Assembly (NCBI GenBank): GCA_016188545.1
Contig: JACPHO010000001.1
Location: forward strand, 90,774 to 154,773
Length of the DNA stretch: 64,000 nt
Direction: 5' to 3'
Source of the DNA: Candidatus Shapirobacteria bacterium
Lineage (GTDB): Bacteria > Patescibacteriota > Microgenomatia > UBA12405
How positions within the stretch are numbered: position 1 is the stretch's first letter; every line of letters starts with the position of its first letter. Made by a program: the position numbers and the translations under genes. The notes beneath the pieces were generated by a model. It searched no databases. It worked only from the letters and a program-made list of their open reading frames with translations, and was not told the origin of the DNA. Below are positions 47,856-57,270 of the stretch, piece after piece.

Positions 47856-50294
47856 ATGAATCCTGCTGTCCATGGTCTAACCCTCGCCGAAGTTCAAAGA
47901 CGCCAGCAGCAGTATGGTCCAAATGTCCTACCCGAAAAACCAGTTCCGGGTAGGCTTTCCATTCTCACCTCCCAACTCAAAAGTCCTCTTGTTTTTATTT
48001 TACTTATCGCTGGTCTTATTACCATAGTTATCGGTCATTACTCCGATGCTATCATCATATTTCTAGCGGTTTTTATCAACACTATTCTCGGTTTCGTTCA
48101 GGAATATCGAGCCTCAAACGCCCTTCTGGCTCTCAAAAGTTATCTCACCGAAAAAACTGAAGTTGTTCGAGAAGGCATCCGTCAATCTATCGACACCACT
48201 CAAATTGTAGTCGGCGACATTGTTTATCTATCCCAAGGGTCAAAAATCCCCGCCGATGGCCAGCTCCTTTCTGCCAACCGTTTGTATGTCAACGAATCTA
48301 TCCTCACCGGTGAAAGTGCACCGGTAACCAAAAACAAAAATGCTCCGGTATTTATGGGCACTACCATTGCCTCTGGTCAGGCTACTATGGTTGTCGAAAA
48401 TATTGGCTCTCTGACCAAAATGGGAGCCATCGCCGGAGAAATCCAGGAACAAAAAGAAGACACCCCACTCCAAAAGCAATTAAAAGTTTTTAGCCAACAA
48501 CTCGCCCTAATCATAGGCGTGGTCACCGTTTTTGTTTTTATCCTTGGCATCTATTATCAATACAACATTACCGAAATCTTTATAACTGCTGTGGCTCTGG
48601 CCGTGTCCAGCATTCCCGAAGGGTTATTAGTGTCGCTTACCGTGGTTCTAGCCATCGGCATGCAAAAAATCCTCAAACGTCGTGGTCTAGTTCGCAAAAT
48701 GTCAGCCGCCGAAACCTTGGGTGGAGTCACTGTCGCCTGTATCGACAAAACCGGCACCCTAACCCAAGGAAAAATGACAGTCATCGATGCTATTGGTAAC
48801 CAAAAATCATTAGCCCGACAGATCCAGTTAGCCAACGATCTTGATGATCCCATGGTCATTGCCGCCTATGAATGGGGCAAATCATTAATACCGGATTTGA
48901 ATGGCAAATCCACTAGGCTCGACAGCATCCCTTTTTCATCTACCGAAAAATTCTTTGTCAGTCTCCACACTTCAACATCCAAAAATAATCTGGTTTACGT
49001 CAACGGGGCACCGGAACTGGTTTTGGGTTGGACTACTTTGTCTGCCATTGAAAAGAAGAAAATTCTGGCAACTATTGATAAATTAACCAAACAAGGCAAG
49101 CGGATCATCGGTCTGGCTCGCAAAGTTGTCCCACTCACCAAAAAAACTCTAACCCACTCCGACGCCAAAAACAATCTCACTTGGGTGGGCCTTCTGACTT
49201 TTTCCGATCCGGTCCGTCTGGGAGTAAAAAAATCGCTGGAACAAACCCATTCGGCTGGGATCCGGACTATTGTCATAACCGGAGACTATGCCAAGACCAC
49301 GATTTATGTACTCGAACAGCTGGGTATTATGGTCTCCGAAGATGAAGTCATGACCGGTGAAGAACTCCAGGACATTACTACCAAAGAGCTGGCTCAAAAA
49401 GTCCGCACCATCAAGCTATTTGCCAGGACTACTCCAGATCAAAAACTAACCATAGTCGAAGCCCTGAAAAAAAATGGTGAAGTCGTCGCCATGATGGGGG
49501 ATGGAGTCAACGATGCCCCCGCTCTCCATACTGCCGATATTGGTGTGGTCGTCAACGATGCCACCGATGTAGCCAAAGAATCAGCCGATATCATCCTACT
49601 CAACTCCGATTTTTCCACCGTTGTCAAAGCCATCGAGGAAGGCCGGGTAATTTTTGAAAACATCCGCAAAATTATTCTTTATCTAATGTGCGATTCTTTT
49701 GTAGAAATTCTTATCGTTGTTGGCAGCATCACTGTCGGTCTACCACTTCCGGTTACCGCCACTATGATCTTGTGGATCAATTTGGTTTCCGATGGTTTCC
49801 CGTCCCTAGCCCTAACCATCGATCCCCAAAGAATCGACATTATGAAAGAACCGCCCCGTTCTCCTTCGGAAAAATTGGTCAATTCCTGGATGATGGGTCT
49901 TATCGCCATGGTTAGCCTTGTGGCCGGACTAATTACTCTTACCACCTTTTATATTGTCTACCGTCTTACTGGTGATTTGGCTACTGCCCGTTCTATGGCT
50001 TTTATTACTCTTGGGCTTGATTCACTTAGTTATGTTTTCTCAGTTCGGACATTGTCGACTCCTTTTTGGAAAAGTGATTTATTTGAGAACAAATGGCTTT
50101 TAGTTGCCACTGTTGCCGGTTTTATCCTTCAGTTATTACCCTTTGCCACATCAAGTCTTCGACAGTTTTTTGGATTAGTTTATTTATCTCCGGTCTATTG
50201 GTTAGTCGCCCTTGGCCTATCCTTATTTATGTTTATGTTAGTCGAAGTTGTGAAGTGGGCTTATCTTGGTAAACAAAAAACATCTATTTTGTAA
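47856..50294 (+). CDS. Cation-transporting P-type ATPase (type II)
   Basis: TGES, PEGL, DKTGTLT, TGD, GDGVND. Confidence 0.95.
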   Translation: MNPAVHGLTLAEVQRRQQQYGPNVLPEKPVPGRLSILTSQLKSPLVFILLIAGLITIVIGHYSDAIIIFLAVFINTILGFVQEYRASNALLALKSYLTEKTEVVREGIRQSIDTTQIVVGDIVYLSQGSKIPADGQLLSANRLYVNESILTGESAPVTKNKNAPVFMGTTIASGQATMVVENIGSLTKMGAIAGEIQEQKEDTPLQKQLKVFSQQLALIIGVVTVFVFILGIYYQYNITEIFITAVALAVSSIPEGLLVSLTVVLAIGMQKILKRRGLVRKMSAAETLGGVTVACIDKTGTLTQGKMTVIDAIGNQKSLARQIQLANDLDDPMVIAAYEWGKSLIPDLNGKSTRLDSIPFSSTEKFFVSLHTSTSKNNLVYVNGAPELVLGWTTLSAIEKKKILATIDKLTKQGKRIIGLARKVVPLTKKTLTHSDAKNNLTWVGLLTFSDPVRLGVKKSLEQTHSAGIRTIVITGDYAKTTIYVLEQLGIMVSEDEVMTGEELQDITTKELAQKVRTIKLFARTTPDQKLTIVEALKKNGEVVAMMGDGVNDAPALHTADIGVVVNDATDVAKESADIILLNSDFSTVVKAIEEGRVIFENIRKIILYLMCDSFVEILIVVGSITVGLPLPVTATMILWINLVSDGFPSLALTIDPQRIDIMKEPPRSPSEKLVNSWMMGLIAMVSLVAGLITLTTFYIVYRLTGDLATARSMAFITLGLDSLSYVFSVRTLSTPFWKSDLFENKWLLVATVAGFILQLLPFATSSLRQFFGLVYLSPVYWLVALGLSLFMFMLVEVVKWAYLGKQKTSIL

Positions 50295-50312
50295 CTTTTG
50301 CTAAAATCAGTC

Positions 50313-51305
50313 ATGAACAATCTCAAAATCGGTTTCATTGGGTATGGGCGACACGCTCAGGCCAATCTTTATCCCTCCATTCGTCATTTGGGATACAAAA
50401 TTAGTGCAGTTGCCACCACTCACCAGGAATCGGCCACCAAATGTGGAGACGATTATTCTATTTCACACTGTTATACCAACCATCTCGATATGTTGAAAAA
50501 AGAGTTGTTAGATGTCGTTTTCATCTGTACCAAACCAGAGCAACAAGTCCAACTGGTCAAAGATTCTCTGAATGCTGGTGTGCATGTCTTTGTTGAAAAA
50601 AACTTGGGGTTTAGTTCCGCCGAAGCAGAAGAAATCAAAGTATTATCCGATAAAGTCGGCAAAAAAGTAATGGTCGGTTTTATGAAACGATTTGCTCCGG
50701 TATATCTTAAATTAAAAGAAATAATCGACGATGGCGAATTTGGCAAAGTTATTTCCCTGTCTCAAACGTTTACCAGTCGAAATTTTGTAAGCAGTAGCAA
50801 AGAATATCTTCTTTTCGCTGCCATTCATTTTATCGACCTAATTAGGTTTTATGTTGGAGAGATTTCGAAAGTCAAGGGATTCGAAACTATCGAAGGCGAT
50901 TCGATGTCTCAAACTTTCTCACTCAAATCCGTGTCCGGAGCATCAATTTCCCTTAGTTATTCCGCCTCGCCTTCATGGTCCAGTGGAGTTCAAGAAATTA
51001 CTATTACCGGCACCAATGGATATGCCAAAACAAGTGGAATAAGTAATCTAAAATATCATTTCAACGAAACCAAGCCCAATACTCCCGGATGGCAGACAGT
51101 TGAAGAAAAAGAAATCCAATTAAATACCATGCTAACTACCGGTGGTGGTGGAGTCCAAAACCTCTATCTCAATGGCTTTATCGGTGAGGTCGATTATTTT
51201 CTAAAATCCATAAATGACAACTTATCCCCAATAAACGACGCTACCGAAAACGTCAAAACCATGAAATTGTACGACATGCTGGTCAATTGTTTAGATAAAA
51301 AATGA
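50313..51305 (+). CDS. Gfo/Idh/MocA oxidoreductase
   Basis: GFIGYG, HVFVEK, GFMKRF, HFID. Confidence 0.85.
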   Translation: MNNLKIGFIGYGRHAQANLYPSIRHLGYKISAVATTHQESATKCGDDYSISHCYTNHLDMLKKELLDVVFICTKPEQQVQLVKDSLNAGVHVFVEKNLGFSSAEAEEIKVLSDKVGKKVMVGFMKRFAPVYLKLKEIIDDGEFGKVISLSQTFTSRNFVSSSKEYLLFAAIHFIDLIRFYVGEISKVKGFETIEGDSMSQTFSLKSVSGASISLSYSASPSWSSGVQEITITGTNGYAKTSGISNLKYHFNETKPNTPGWQTVEEKEIQLNTMLTTGGGGVQNLYLNGFIGEVDYFLKSINDNLSPINDATENVKTMKLYDMLVNCLDKK

Positions 51306-52318
51306 AAATCCCATCTTTAGCTGTTCTCAAATCCGGCAAAAATCTACAACCTTTTGAATATGAATCCGAAATCGGTCCAAATGATGTTTTGATTAGCCTT
51401 AAATATTGTTCGATGACTCGTGGTGATGTCCGCTTTATGGCTAATTATTGGGGAGATACCAAGTTCCCTCTAGTTCCCGGTTCCGAAATGTTCGGAGTGA
51501 TTGAACAAATTGGAAATGAGGTAAAAGATTTTGAAATTGGTGATTATGTTGGTGCTGGTTATCAAATTAGTTCCTGCCATGAATGCGAATATTGCCTCGC
51601 AGGTAAAGAACAATTTTGCCATAGTCAAAAAGTCCTTTGCATTGGCGGTTTTGGTGGAGTTGCCAAACAAATTATTTTTGATAATAGTTTTATTTTTAAG
51701 ATTCCTACTAAATTACAAAATCCAAACAGTGTTTCTTTGATGTGTTCAGGGCTGACTGTTTATTCTGCAATCAAAAAAGTAAATCCGCAACCAGGAATGA
51801 AAGTTGGAGTCGTTGGTGTTGGCAACCTGGGACATTTTGCAGTCAAAATATTGGTAGCACTTGGATGTGAAGTAATAGCTTTTACTCATAGCGCAGGTAA
51901 ATCAGATGAGTTAACCAATATGGGAGTTGTAAAAATTGTTGATAGTACATCAGAAAAAGAACTTGCGGACTGTAAAAACCAATACGACTTTTTAATTTCC
52001 ACCTCTTCCAAATCACTTAATTGGAGATTATTTATTGCTGCTCTAAAACCACAGGGTAATCTAATGTTTGTCGGCTTGCCAGAAAAGGAAGTTGCCTTTC
52101 CAGCAGAAATGCTGGCCGACTATGCTCAAAAAGGAATTTTGGGAAGTTATATTGGAAGTCCTTCAGAGATGAGAGAGTTACTCCAGTTTGCAGAACAAAA
52201 TAATATCTTTGCATCTACAAAACTGTACAAAGTTTCAGAAATAGACCAAGCAGTTACTGATATACAGGAAGACAGGTCTAACTTTAGTACCGTTATAGAT
52301 TTGTCAGATTGGAAATAA
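51302..52318 (+). CDS. MDR-family NAD(P)-dependent alcohol dehydrogenase-like protein
   Basis: Structural Zn motif CHECEYC..C, LMCSGLT, GVGNLG; catalytic-site motifs altered. Confidence 0.82.
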   Translation: MKIPSLAVLKSGKNLQPFEYESEIGPNDVLISLKYCSMTRGDVRFMANYWGDTKFPLVPGSEMFGVIEQIGNEVKDFEIGDYVGAGYQISSCHECEYCLAGKEQFCHSQKVLCIGGFGGVAKQIIFDNSFIFKIPTKLQNPNSVSLMCSGLTVYSAIKKVNPQPGMKVGVVGVGNLGHFAVKILVALGCEVIAFTHSAGKSDELTNMGVVKIVDSTSEKELADCKNQYDFLISTSSKSLNWRLFIAALKPQGNLMFVGLPEKEVAFPAEMLADYAQKGILGSYIGSPSEMRELLQFAEQNNIFASTKLYKVSEIDQAVTDIQEDRSNFSTVIDLSDWK

Positions 52319-52322
52319 ATAT

Positions 52323-52622
52323 ATGAAACTTGAAGAACTGGAAAAAAGAGTTAAGAAAATTGAAAGTAGAAACCAAAAAGTCGAAATGGACAAAGCCTGG
52401 GAAACTAGTCTTACTAGAAAAGTTTTACTAATAATTTTTACTTTTCTTAGCATTGGTTTGTATATGAATGCGATCGGAGTAAACAATCCCTGGCAAAACG
52501 CCGTCATACCATCATTGGGGTTTTTATTGTCAACCCTGAGCCTGCCTTTCTTTAAGAGAATTTGGATTAATAGGCAAAAAGGTGTAACTGAATTACCAGA
52601 ATTACTAAGTATCATCGAATGA
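52323..52622 (+). CDS. Small membrane protein
   Basis: RNQKVEMDKAWETS followed by two TM helices. Confidence 0.7.
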   Translation: MKLEELEKRVKKIESRNQKVEMDKAWETSLTRKVLLIIFTFLSIGLYMNAIGVNNPWQNAVIPSLGFLLSTLSLPFFKRIWINRQKGVTELPELLSIIE

Positions 52623-52684
52623 CAGTTCTCTACCCTTGGTTTAGTGTAAAATAACTAAACTCCTATATTTTCAGTACGAGAATT

Positions 52685-53266
52685 ATATCAAAAAACAAAT
52701 TATCTCCCCAAGAGAGCATTGAGTTATTATCTGTATTAAAATCCCGCTTTGACAAAAACCCAAAAAGGCACCATGGTGTTCTATGGGCCAAGGTACAGGC
52801 CAAGCTGGAAGGTAGTCCGGAAAAACTCTGGTCATTGAATGAAATGGAGCGCACTGGCGGTGAACCGGATGTAGTAATCCTAAATGAAAAAACAAAATCC
52901 CTGCCCGCCGGTAGGTGGGAATATATTTTTGTCGACTGTTCAGCCGAAACACCCAAAGACAGGCGAAGTCTGTGTTACGATCGTGCAGCTCTTGATGCTC
53001 GAAAAGCCTTCAAACCCAAAGATACCGCCATCGACATGTGCACTGACATGGGTATCGAGCTAATGACCGAAGAGCAATACCGGCAGTTACAAGAACTAGG
53101 TAGTTTTGACACTAAAACTTCCAGTTGGCTCAACACCCCTTCCGAAATCAGAAAACACGGTGGTGCCATTTTTGGTGATCGTCGTTACGACCATGTCTTC
53201 ATCTACCACAATGGTGCCGATTCCTATTATGCTGCCCGCGGATTCCGCGGGGTACTTATGGTTTAG
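52685..53266 (+). CDS. DUF4256 family protein (no canonical start codon; in-frame palindrome insert)
   Basis: Frame open from 52655: LKSRFDKNPKRH...MERTGGEPDV..DCSAETP..RRSLCYD..HNGADSYYAARGFRG. Confidence 0.8.
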   Translation: MSKNKLSPQESIELLSVLKSRFDKNPKRHHGVLWAKVQAKLEGSPEKLWSLNEMERTGGEPDVVILNEKTKSLPAGRWEYIFVDCSAETPKDRRSLCYDRAALDARKAFKPKDTAIDMCTDMGIELMTEEQYRQLQELGSFDTKTSSWLNTPSEIRKHGGAIFGDRRYDHVFIYHNGADSYYAARGFRGVLMV

Positions 53267-53278
53267 ATAAAATTGTCC

Positions 53279-53641
53279 CTATCTTTGTCCCTGTCGCCTT
53301 TTGACTATGTCAGCAATTGTAGTCGATGGCACCGGATCCGCCAATGCCAGTAATACGTCTCTGACTGAATTACGCAAAGCTGGTGCCACCGCTGCTGCTG
53401 TGGTATTAAATGCCTCTGCTAACACTTTTTTCTGTTCGCCCAGTATCTCTTCGGTTCCAGTCAACCCCATTGCCTGCTTGTGCCCATCAGTACGGACTAT
53501 TCTCAATTCACCTCCAGAAACTGTTTTTTCGACCAAATCTCTGACAGTCTGTTCAAACAAATGACGTCCATCCTCGTCAAGATCTTTATAGAGACCGGAT
53601 TTGTTTATTCTTTCGGATACTAAATCGTCGATCCTTGTCAT
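53279..53641 (-). CDS. Hypothetical protein
   Basis: ORF MTRIDDLV... directly after a TATAAT on the minus strand. Confidence 0.55.
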   Translation of the reverse strand: MTRIDDLVSERINKSGLYKDLDEDGRHLFEQTVRDLVEKTVSGGELRIVRTDGHKQAMGLTGTEEILGEQKKVLAEAFNTTAAAVAPALRNSVRDVLLALADPVPSTTIADIVKRRQGQR

Positions 53642-53663
53642 AAACGAATTATAGCATGCAACC

Positions 53664-53695
53664 CACAAAACCCCCTCGTTTAAGGGGGTTTTGTG
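53664..53695. terminator. Intrinsic terminator
   Basis: CACAAAACCCCCT-CGTTTA-AGGGGGTTTTGTG downstream of the ECF operon. Confidence 0.8.
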
Positions 53696-53707
53696 TTTGT
53701 CAAAAAA

Positions 53708-54073
53708 TTATCTACTATTTTGACCCATACCTCGTCCTTGTCCGTTTCCTTGTCTCATCCCCATCCCGTACTTAGCTCTAAAAGCATTAAGTAGGGTCGA
53801 GTCACCCTTAAGGGATGCCAAGTGGGCGGCCGCAAATTCTTTAAAATTCGTCTCATTTACAAATCGGGTAGCCCCTCTACCAGACATATTAACTGTCCAG
53901 GCTTTGTAGTCACCTTTTTCAAAAGCCGACAAATTAGCGTTATGCCTTTCTTCAGTATAATTTGGTCCTTTGACGGTGGCGTCACCACGATAGGCAAACA
54001 CTGGAGATAAAGTATTAACAGCAACTAAGCCAAGAGCCAAAGCGGCCACTCCTAGAGCAATTTTTGTTTTCAT
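53708..54073 (-). CDS. Secreted protein with a Gly/Met-rich tail
   Basis: Signal peptide ending VFA-YRGD; GMGMRQGNGQGRGMG. Confidence 0.75.
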   Translation of the reverse strand: MKTKIALGVAALALGLVAVNTLSPVFAYRGDATVKGPNYTEERHNANLSAFEKGDYKAWTVNMSGRGATRFVNETNFKEFAAAHLASLKGDSTLLNAFRAKYGMGMRQGNGQGRGMGQNSR

Positions 54074-54125
54074 AGAAAATGTATTAACTATTAATAGACT
54101 TGCGCAGTCTATTAGTAATACAAAC

Positions 54126-54809
54126 CTAATATCTATTTTCTTTCATCATGTTTTGCCCCATACCATCCCAAGGTCGGATCTCTTCAGCATCGAAAGTATC
54201 ACCACTAACCAGTGTTCCGATTAGTTTGATCTCTTCTCCAACGACCATCTTTACTCGTCCCCGGACTATCGGTTGATTTCCGTTAATGTTCCATAATTTA
54301 CCGTTAAAATCTTTGATCACAAAACTGCTTGCACTATATATACTTACAATTTCTCCCGACAAGTATCCCGACTCGGGATTGTTCCAAACAATCATTCTCA
54401 TCGGCACCATCTGTCTATAAAACGAAAATCTAGATTCCATCCCTCGGTCAATTCGACTAGCCACACCAAATCGGAACAATACCCCACCCATTAATAGTCC
54501 GACAAAAACTATTACTAGCCCAACTTGCCATTTTTCAAATCGATAAGATTTTTTAGTTCTTTCAAATAATAAAAAAGACATTGTCAAAAAGATAATTGAC
54601 ACTACTACCCACAAATTAGGGGTAATGATGTTATCGATCAGTCCAAACCACGAAACCGCGACTCCTAGCATTAATAATAATAAGCTCGTCAAAAATCCCA
54701 ACCAGATGGACCAGTTTTTAACTATAAATTCCCATCGAGGAATTGGCTTTATTTGTCTTTGCTCGATAAGTCTCAGTGTCTTATCACTAATATTTATTTT
54801 CTTTTTCAT
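54126..54809 (-). CDS. Membrane protein, putative anti-sigma factor
   Basis: Overlaps the sigma gene; three TM helices plus a C-terminal OB-like domain (FDAEEIRPW). Confidence 0.65.
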   Translation of the reverse strand: MKKKINISDKTLRLIEQRQIKPIPRWEFIVKNWSIWLGFLTSLLLLMLGVAVSWFGLIDNIITPNLWVVVSIIFLTMSFLLFERTKKSYRFEKWQVGLVIVFVGLLMGGVLFRFGVASRIDRGMESRFSFYRQMVPMRMIVWNNPESGYLSGEIVSIYSASSFVIKDFNGKLWNINGNQPIVRGRVKMVVGEEIKLIGTLVSGDTFDAEEIRPWDGMGQNMMKENRY

Positions 54810-55365
54810 AGATTTGTTTAAATTGTATTTTTGCTCTGGAAAGTAGGGTAGCTACTGTCCCCATCGGTTTTTGGAGAATATCACTAATTTCTTTATAATC
54901 TTTTTCTTCAAAAAACTTTAAAGCTATTACTTCTTTGTACTCTGGCCTTAATTTGTCCAGAATCGACTTTATATATTCATCAAAATGTTTGGACACAGTC
55001 TCTTTTTCAATATTTGTATCCGCCACCAACCAGTCCACAAGTTCATCGTCCGATTCATCAGCTTCAATTCGAAGTGATTGTTTTTGTTTTTTTATAAAAT
55101 TAATGGCACTGTTATGGACGATACGGTACATCCAGCTGCTAAATTTCAGATCACAGTCACAATCATTTAAGTGCAAATAGGCGTTGACAAAAGAGTCTTC
55201 AACAATATCCTCCACATCTTCGTTTGAGAGATATGTCAGCCGGTGAACATAACCTTTCAGTTTATCTTCATAGCGCTTCATTAAGCAATAAAAATACTGG
55301 CTATTCTGTATCGATAGCGCTACTAGTTCGTTATCATCCAAATTCTGGCATTTTTCATCAATCAT
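54787..55365 (-). CDS. ECF RNA polymerase sigma factor
   Basis: EDIVEDSF, FSSWMYRIVHN, YKEISDIL..PMGTVATLLSRAK. Confidence 0.92.
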   Translation of the reverse strand: MIDEKCQNLDDNELVALSIQNSQYFYCLMKRYEDKLKGYVHRLTYLSNEDVEDIVEDSFVNAYLHLNDCDCDLKFSSWMYRIVHNSAINFIKKQKQSLRIEADESDDELVDWLVADTNIEKETVSKHFDEYIKSILDKLRPEYKEVIALKFFEEKDYKEISDILQKPMGTVATLLSRAKIQFKQIYEKENKY

Positions 55366-55480
55366 TAGATACCTCTAGTATATATACAACTTATTGTAGT
55401 TGTTTCTTTCAACCAAACAATTCCAAATTTGGTTTCAGAAAAGTATTCCCAGTATTAGTGTCTTATGCTACTATTTTTAT

Positions 55481-56416
55481 ATGAACAAAAACTCCTACCT
55501 TTTTACTTACCTAGTTATTGCCTCACTTTTAACTCCAGCATCAGCTTCTGCCTACTACATTTCTATGGATATTGGCACAGCTGGGGTGGTTACCTATTCA
55601 TATCCCTCAGTATTGGGAGACGAAGATAAACCAGAAGAAAAAAAAGAAGAGAAGAAAGAAGAAAAACGTGAAGAAAAACGAGAGGAAAAGAAAGAAGAAA
55701 AAAGAGAAGACAAACCATCTCGGGTAGAACCGCGTCCTGAAAAAATCGAAATTAGAAAAGTAGAGAATAAAACGAACGTAAAACTAATCAAACAAGATAA
55801 AGTTAGGCAAGAATTATCTCCTGAAAAAGTGAGTCTAAAATTTTCCGCGGTTCCAAAAGTAACTCCAACCTCATCATTAAAGAAAGATGACCTGGCTGAA
55901 AACGAAATAGAGAATGAAGTAGAAAACGAAAATGAAGATTTAAGTGATGGGCAAAAAGAGCTTCGAAAAACTATCAAAGACCGATCAGGTAGAAAGGATG
56001 AAAAAGTCGAGATCCAAAGTGAAGTTCATGATGACGGAACTGTCGAATTGCAGTTGGAATCACGCGATGTGAAAGCGAAAATTAAAAATGGTGAGATTGA
56101 AGTAGATGTCAAAAACAATAATATAGGCTCATCAGACAATTCCGGTATTGAAAAAAAGCTAATCCATTTACCAGATCAGGCATTACAAAGATTTATAGAT
56201 AAAGGCATGTCTACTGTACCTGATACCTTGGAAGTAGGGGAGTCGGGAGTTGGTTATGAATATTCAATTACCGCCACCAAAAAAGAAAAACTTTTTGGAC
56301 TTATCCCAAGAGTAGCCAAGTACAAACTAACTCTAGATGATCAAAACGGGGTGGTTTCCGAACAAAAAGTAAATTCCAGCGTTGTCGAGAGGTTGCTGAA
56401 CATTTTCTCATTCTAA
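55481..56416 (+). CDS. Secreted protein with a low-complexity EEKK/EEKR repeat
   Basis: Signal peptide ending ASA; repeat at about 55634-55710; C-terminal KLFGLIP motif. Confidence 0.7.
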   Translation: MNKNSYLFTYLVIASLLTPASASAYYISMDIGTAGVVTYSYPSVLGDEDKPEEKKEEKKEEKREEKREEKKEEKREDKPSRVEPRPEKIEIRKVENKTNVKLIKQDKVRQELSPEKVSLKFSAVPKVTPTSSLKKDDLAENEIENEVENENEDLSDGQKELRKTIKDRSGRKDEKVEIQSEVHDDGTVELQLESRDVKAKIKNGEIEVDVKNNNIGSSDNSGIEKKLIHLPDQALQRFIDKGMSTVPDTLEVGESGVGYEYSITATKKEKLFGLIPRVAKYKLTLDDQNGVVSEQKVNSSVVERLLNIFSF

Positions 56417-56465
56417 GATAGAGATTGTTATAAATCAAACATGATATCTGGTAAGATTAATTAAT

Positions 56466-57263
56466 ATGACCAATACACCCTTCAACGACCTCCTCAGCTT
56501 AGCTTCTCAAACCGCCATTGTTACCGGCGGTGCTCTAGGAATTGGACTGGGTATTACTACCAGACTCGCCCAAGCTGGTGCCAATGTGGTAATTGCCGAT
56601 ATCAACGAAGAAAGTGGTACAAAAGCCTCCGCAGACCTCAATGCTCAAGGGTACAAAACAGCTTTTATCAAAACCGATGTCAGTCTCCAAACCGATGTGG
56701 ATGCCGCAGTTAAATTTGCCACTACCACTTTTGGATCACTCAACATTTTAGTCAACAATGCTGGAATCTATCCCAATACTCCAGTTATGGATATGGATAT
56801 TGCAGTTTTCGAAAAAATAATCAACGTCAATCTTAAGAGTGTTTTTATGTTAACTAAGTCGGCAGCCGCCGTCATGATTCAACAAGGTAAGGGTGGAAAA
56901 ATAGTTAACATTACCTCTATAGATGCTCTCCATCCCTCTGGTGTTGGACTGGCCGCCTACGATTCATCCAAGCATGGGCTTTGGGGCTTCACCAAAAACG
57001 TCGCCCTCGAATTAGCACCCCACAATATTACTGTAAATGCCGTCGCTCCTGGTGGAATAAGCACTCCGGGTACCGGTATGGGTTCAGGAGATATTTCTCC
57101 TGCGATGAAGGAACTTGTTGAAAAGTTCACTCAAAAAATCCCCATGAAAAAATTCGGTGATCCCGATGATATTGGCAAGGTAGTCCTATTTTTGGCTTCC
57201 GATATGTCCTCTTATATGACCGGATCCCAAATTGTTGTCGATGGGGGAGTTCTCCTTTCTTAA
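56466..57263 (+). CDS. SDR family oxidoreductase
   Basis: TGGALGIG, NNAG, YDSSK, VNAVAPG. Confidence 0.92.
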   Translation: MTNTPFNDLLSLASQTAIVTGGALGIGLGITTRLAQAGANVVIADINEESGTKASADLNAQGYKTAFIKTDVSLQTDVDAAVKFATTTFGSLNILVNNAGIYPNTPVMDMDIAVFEKIINVNLKSVFMLTKSAAAVMIQQGKGGKIVNITSIDALHPSGVGLAAYDSSKHGLWGFTKNVALELAPHNITVNAVAPGGISTPGTGMGSGDISPAMKELVEKFTQKIPMKKFGDPDDIGKVVLFLASDMSSYMTGSQIVVDGGVLLS

Positions 57264-57270
57264 TTCCCGC

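Noticed and set aside
54092-54114. Palindrome TAATAGACT-TGCGC-AGTCTATTA inside the ECF operon
   Set aside because: Probably an ordinary intergenic hairpin; single copy with no further support
55634-55710. Purine-rich repeat as a separate element
   Set aside because: Explained by the coding EEKK/EEKR low-complexity linker
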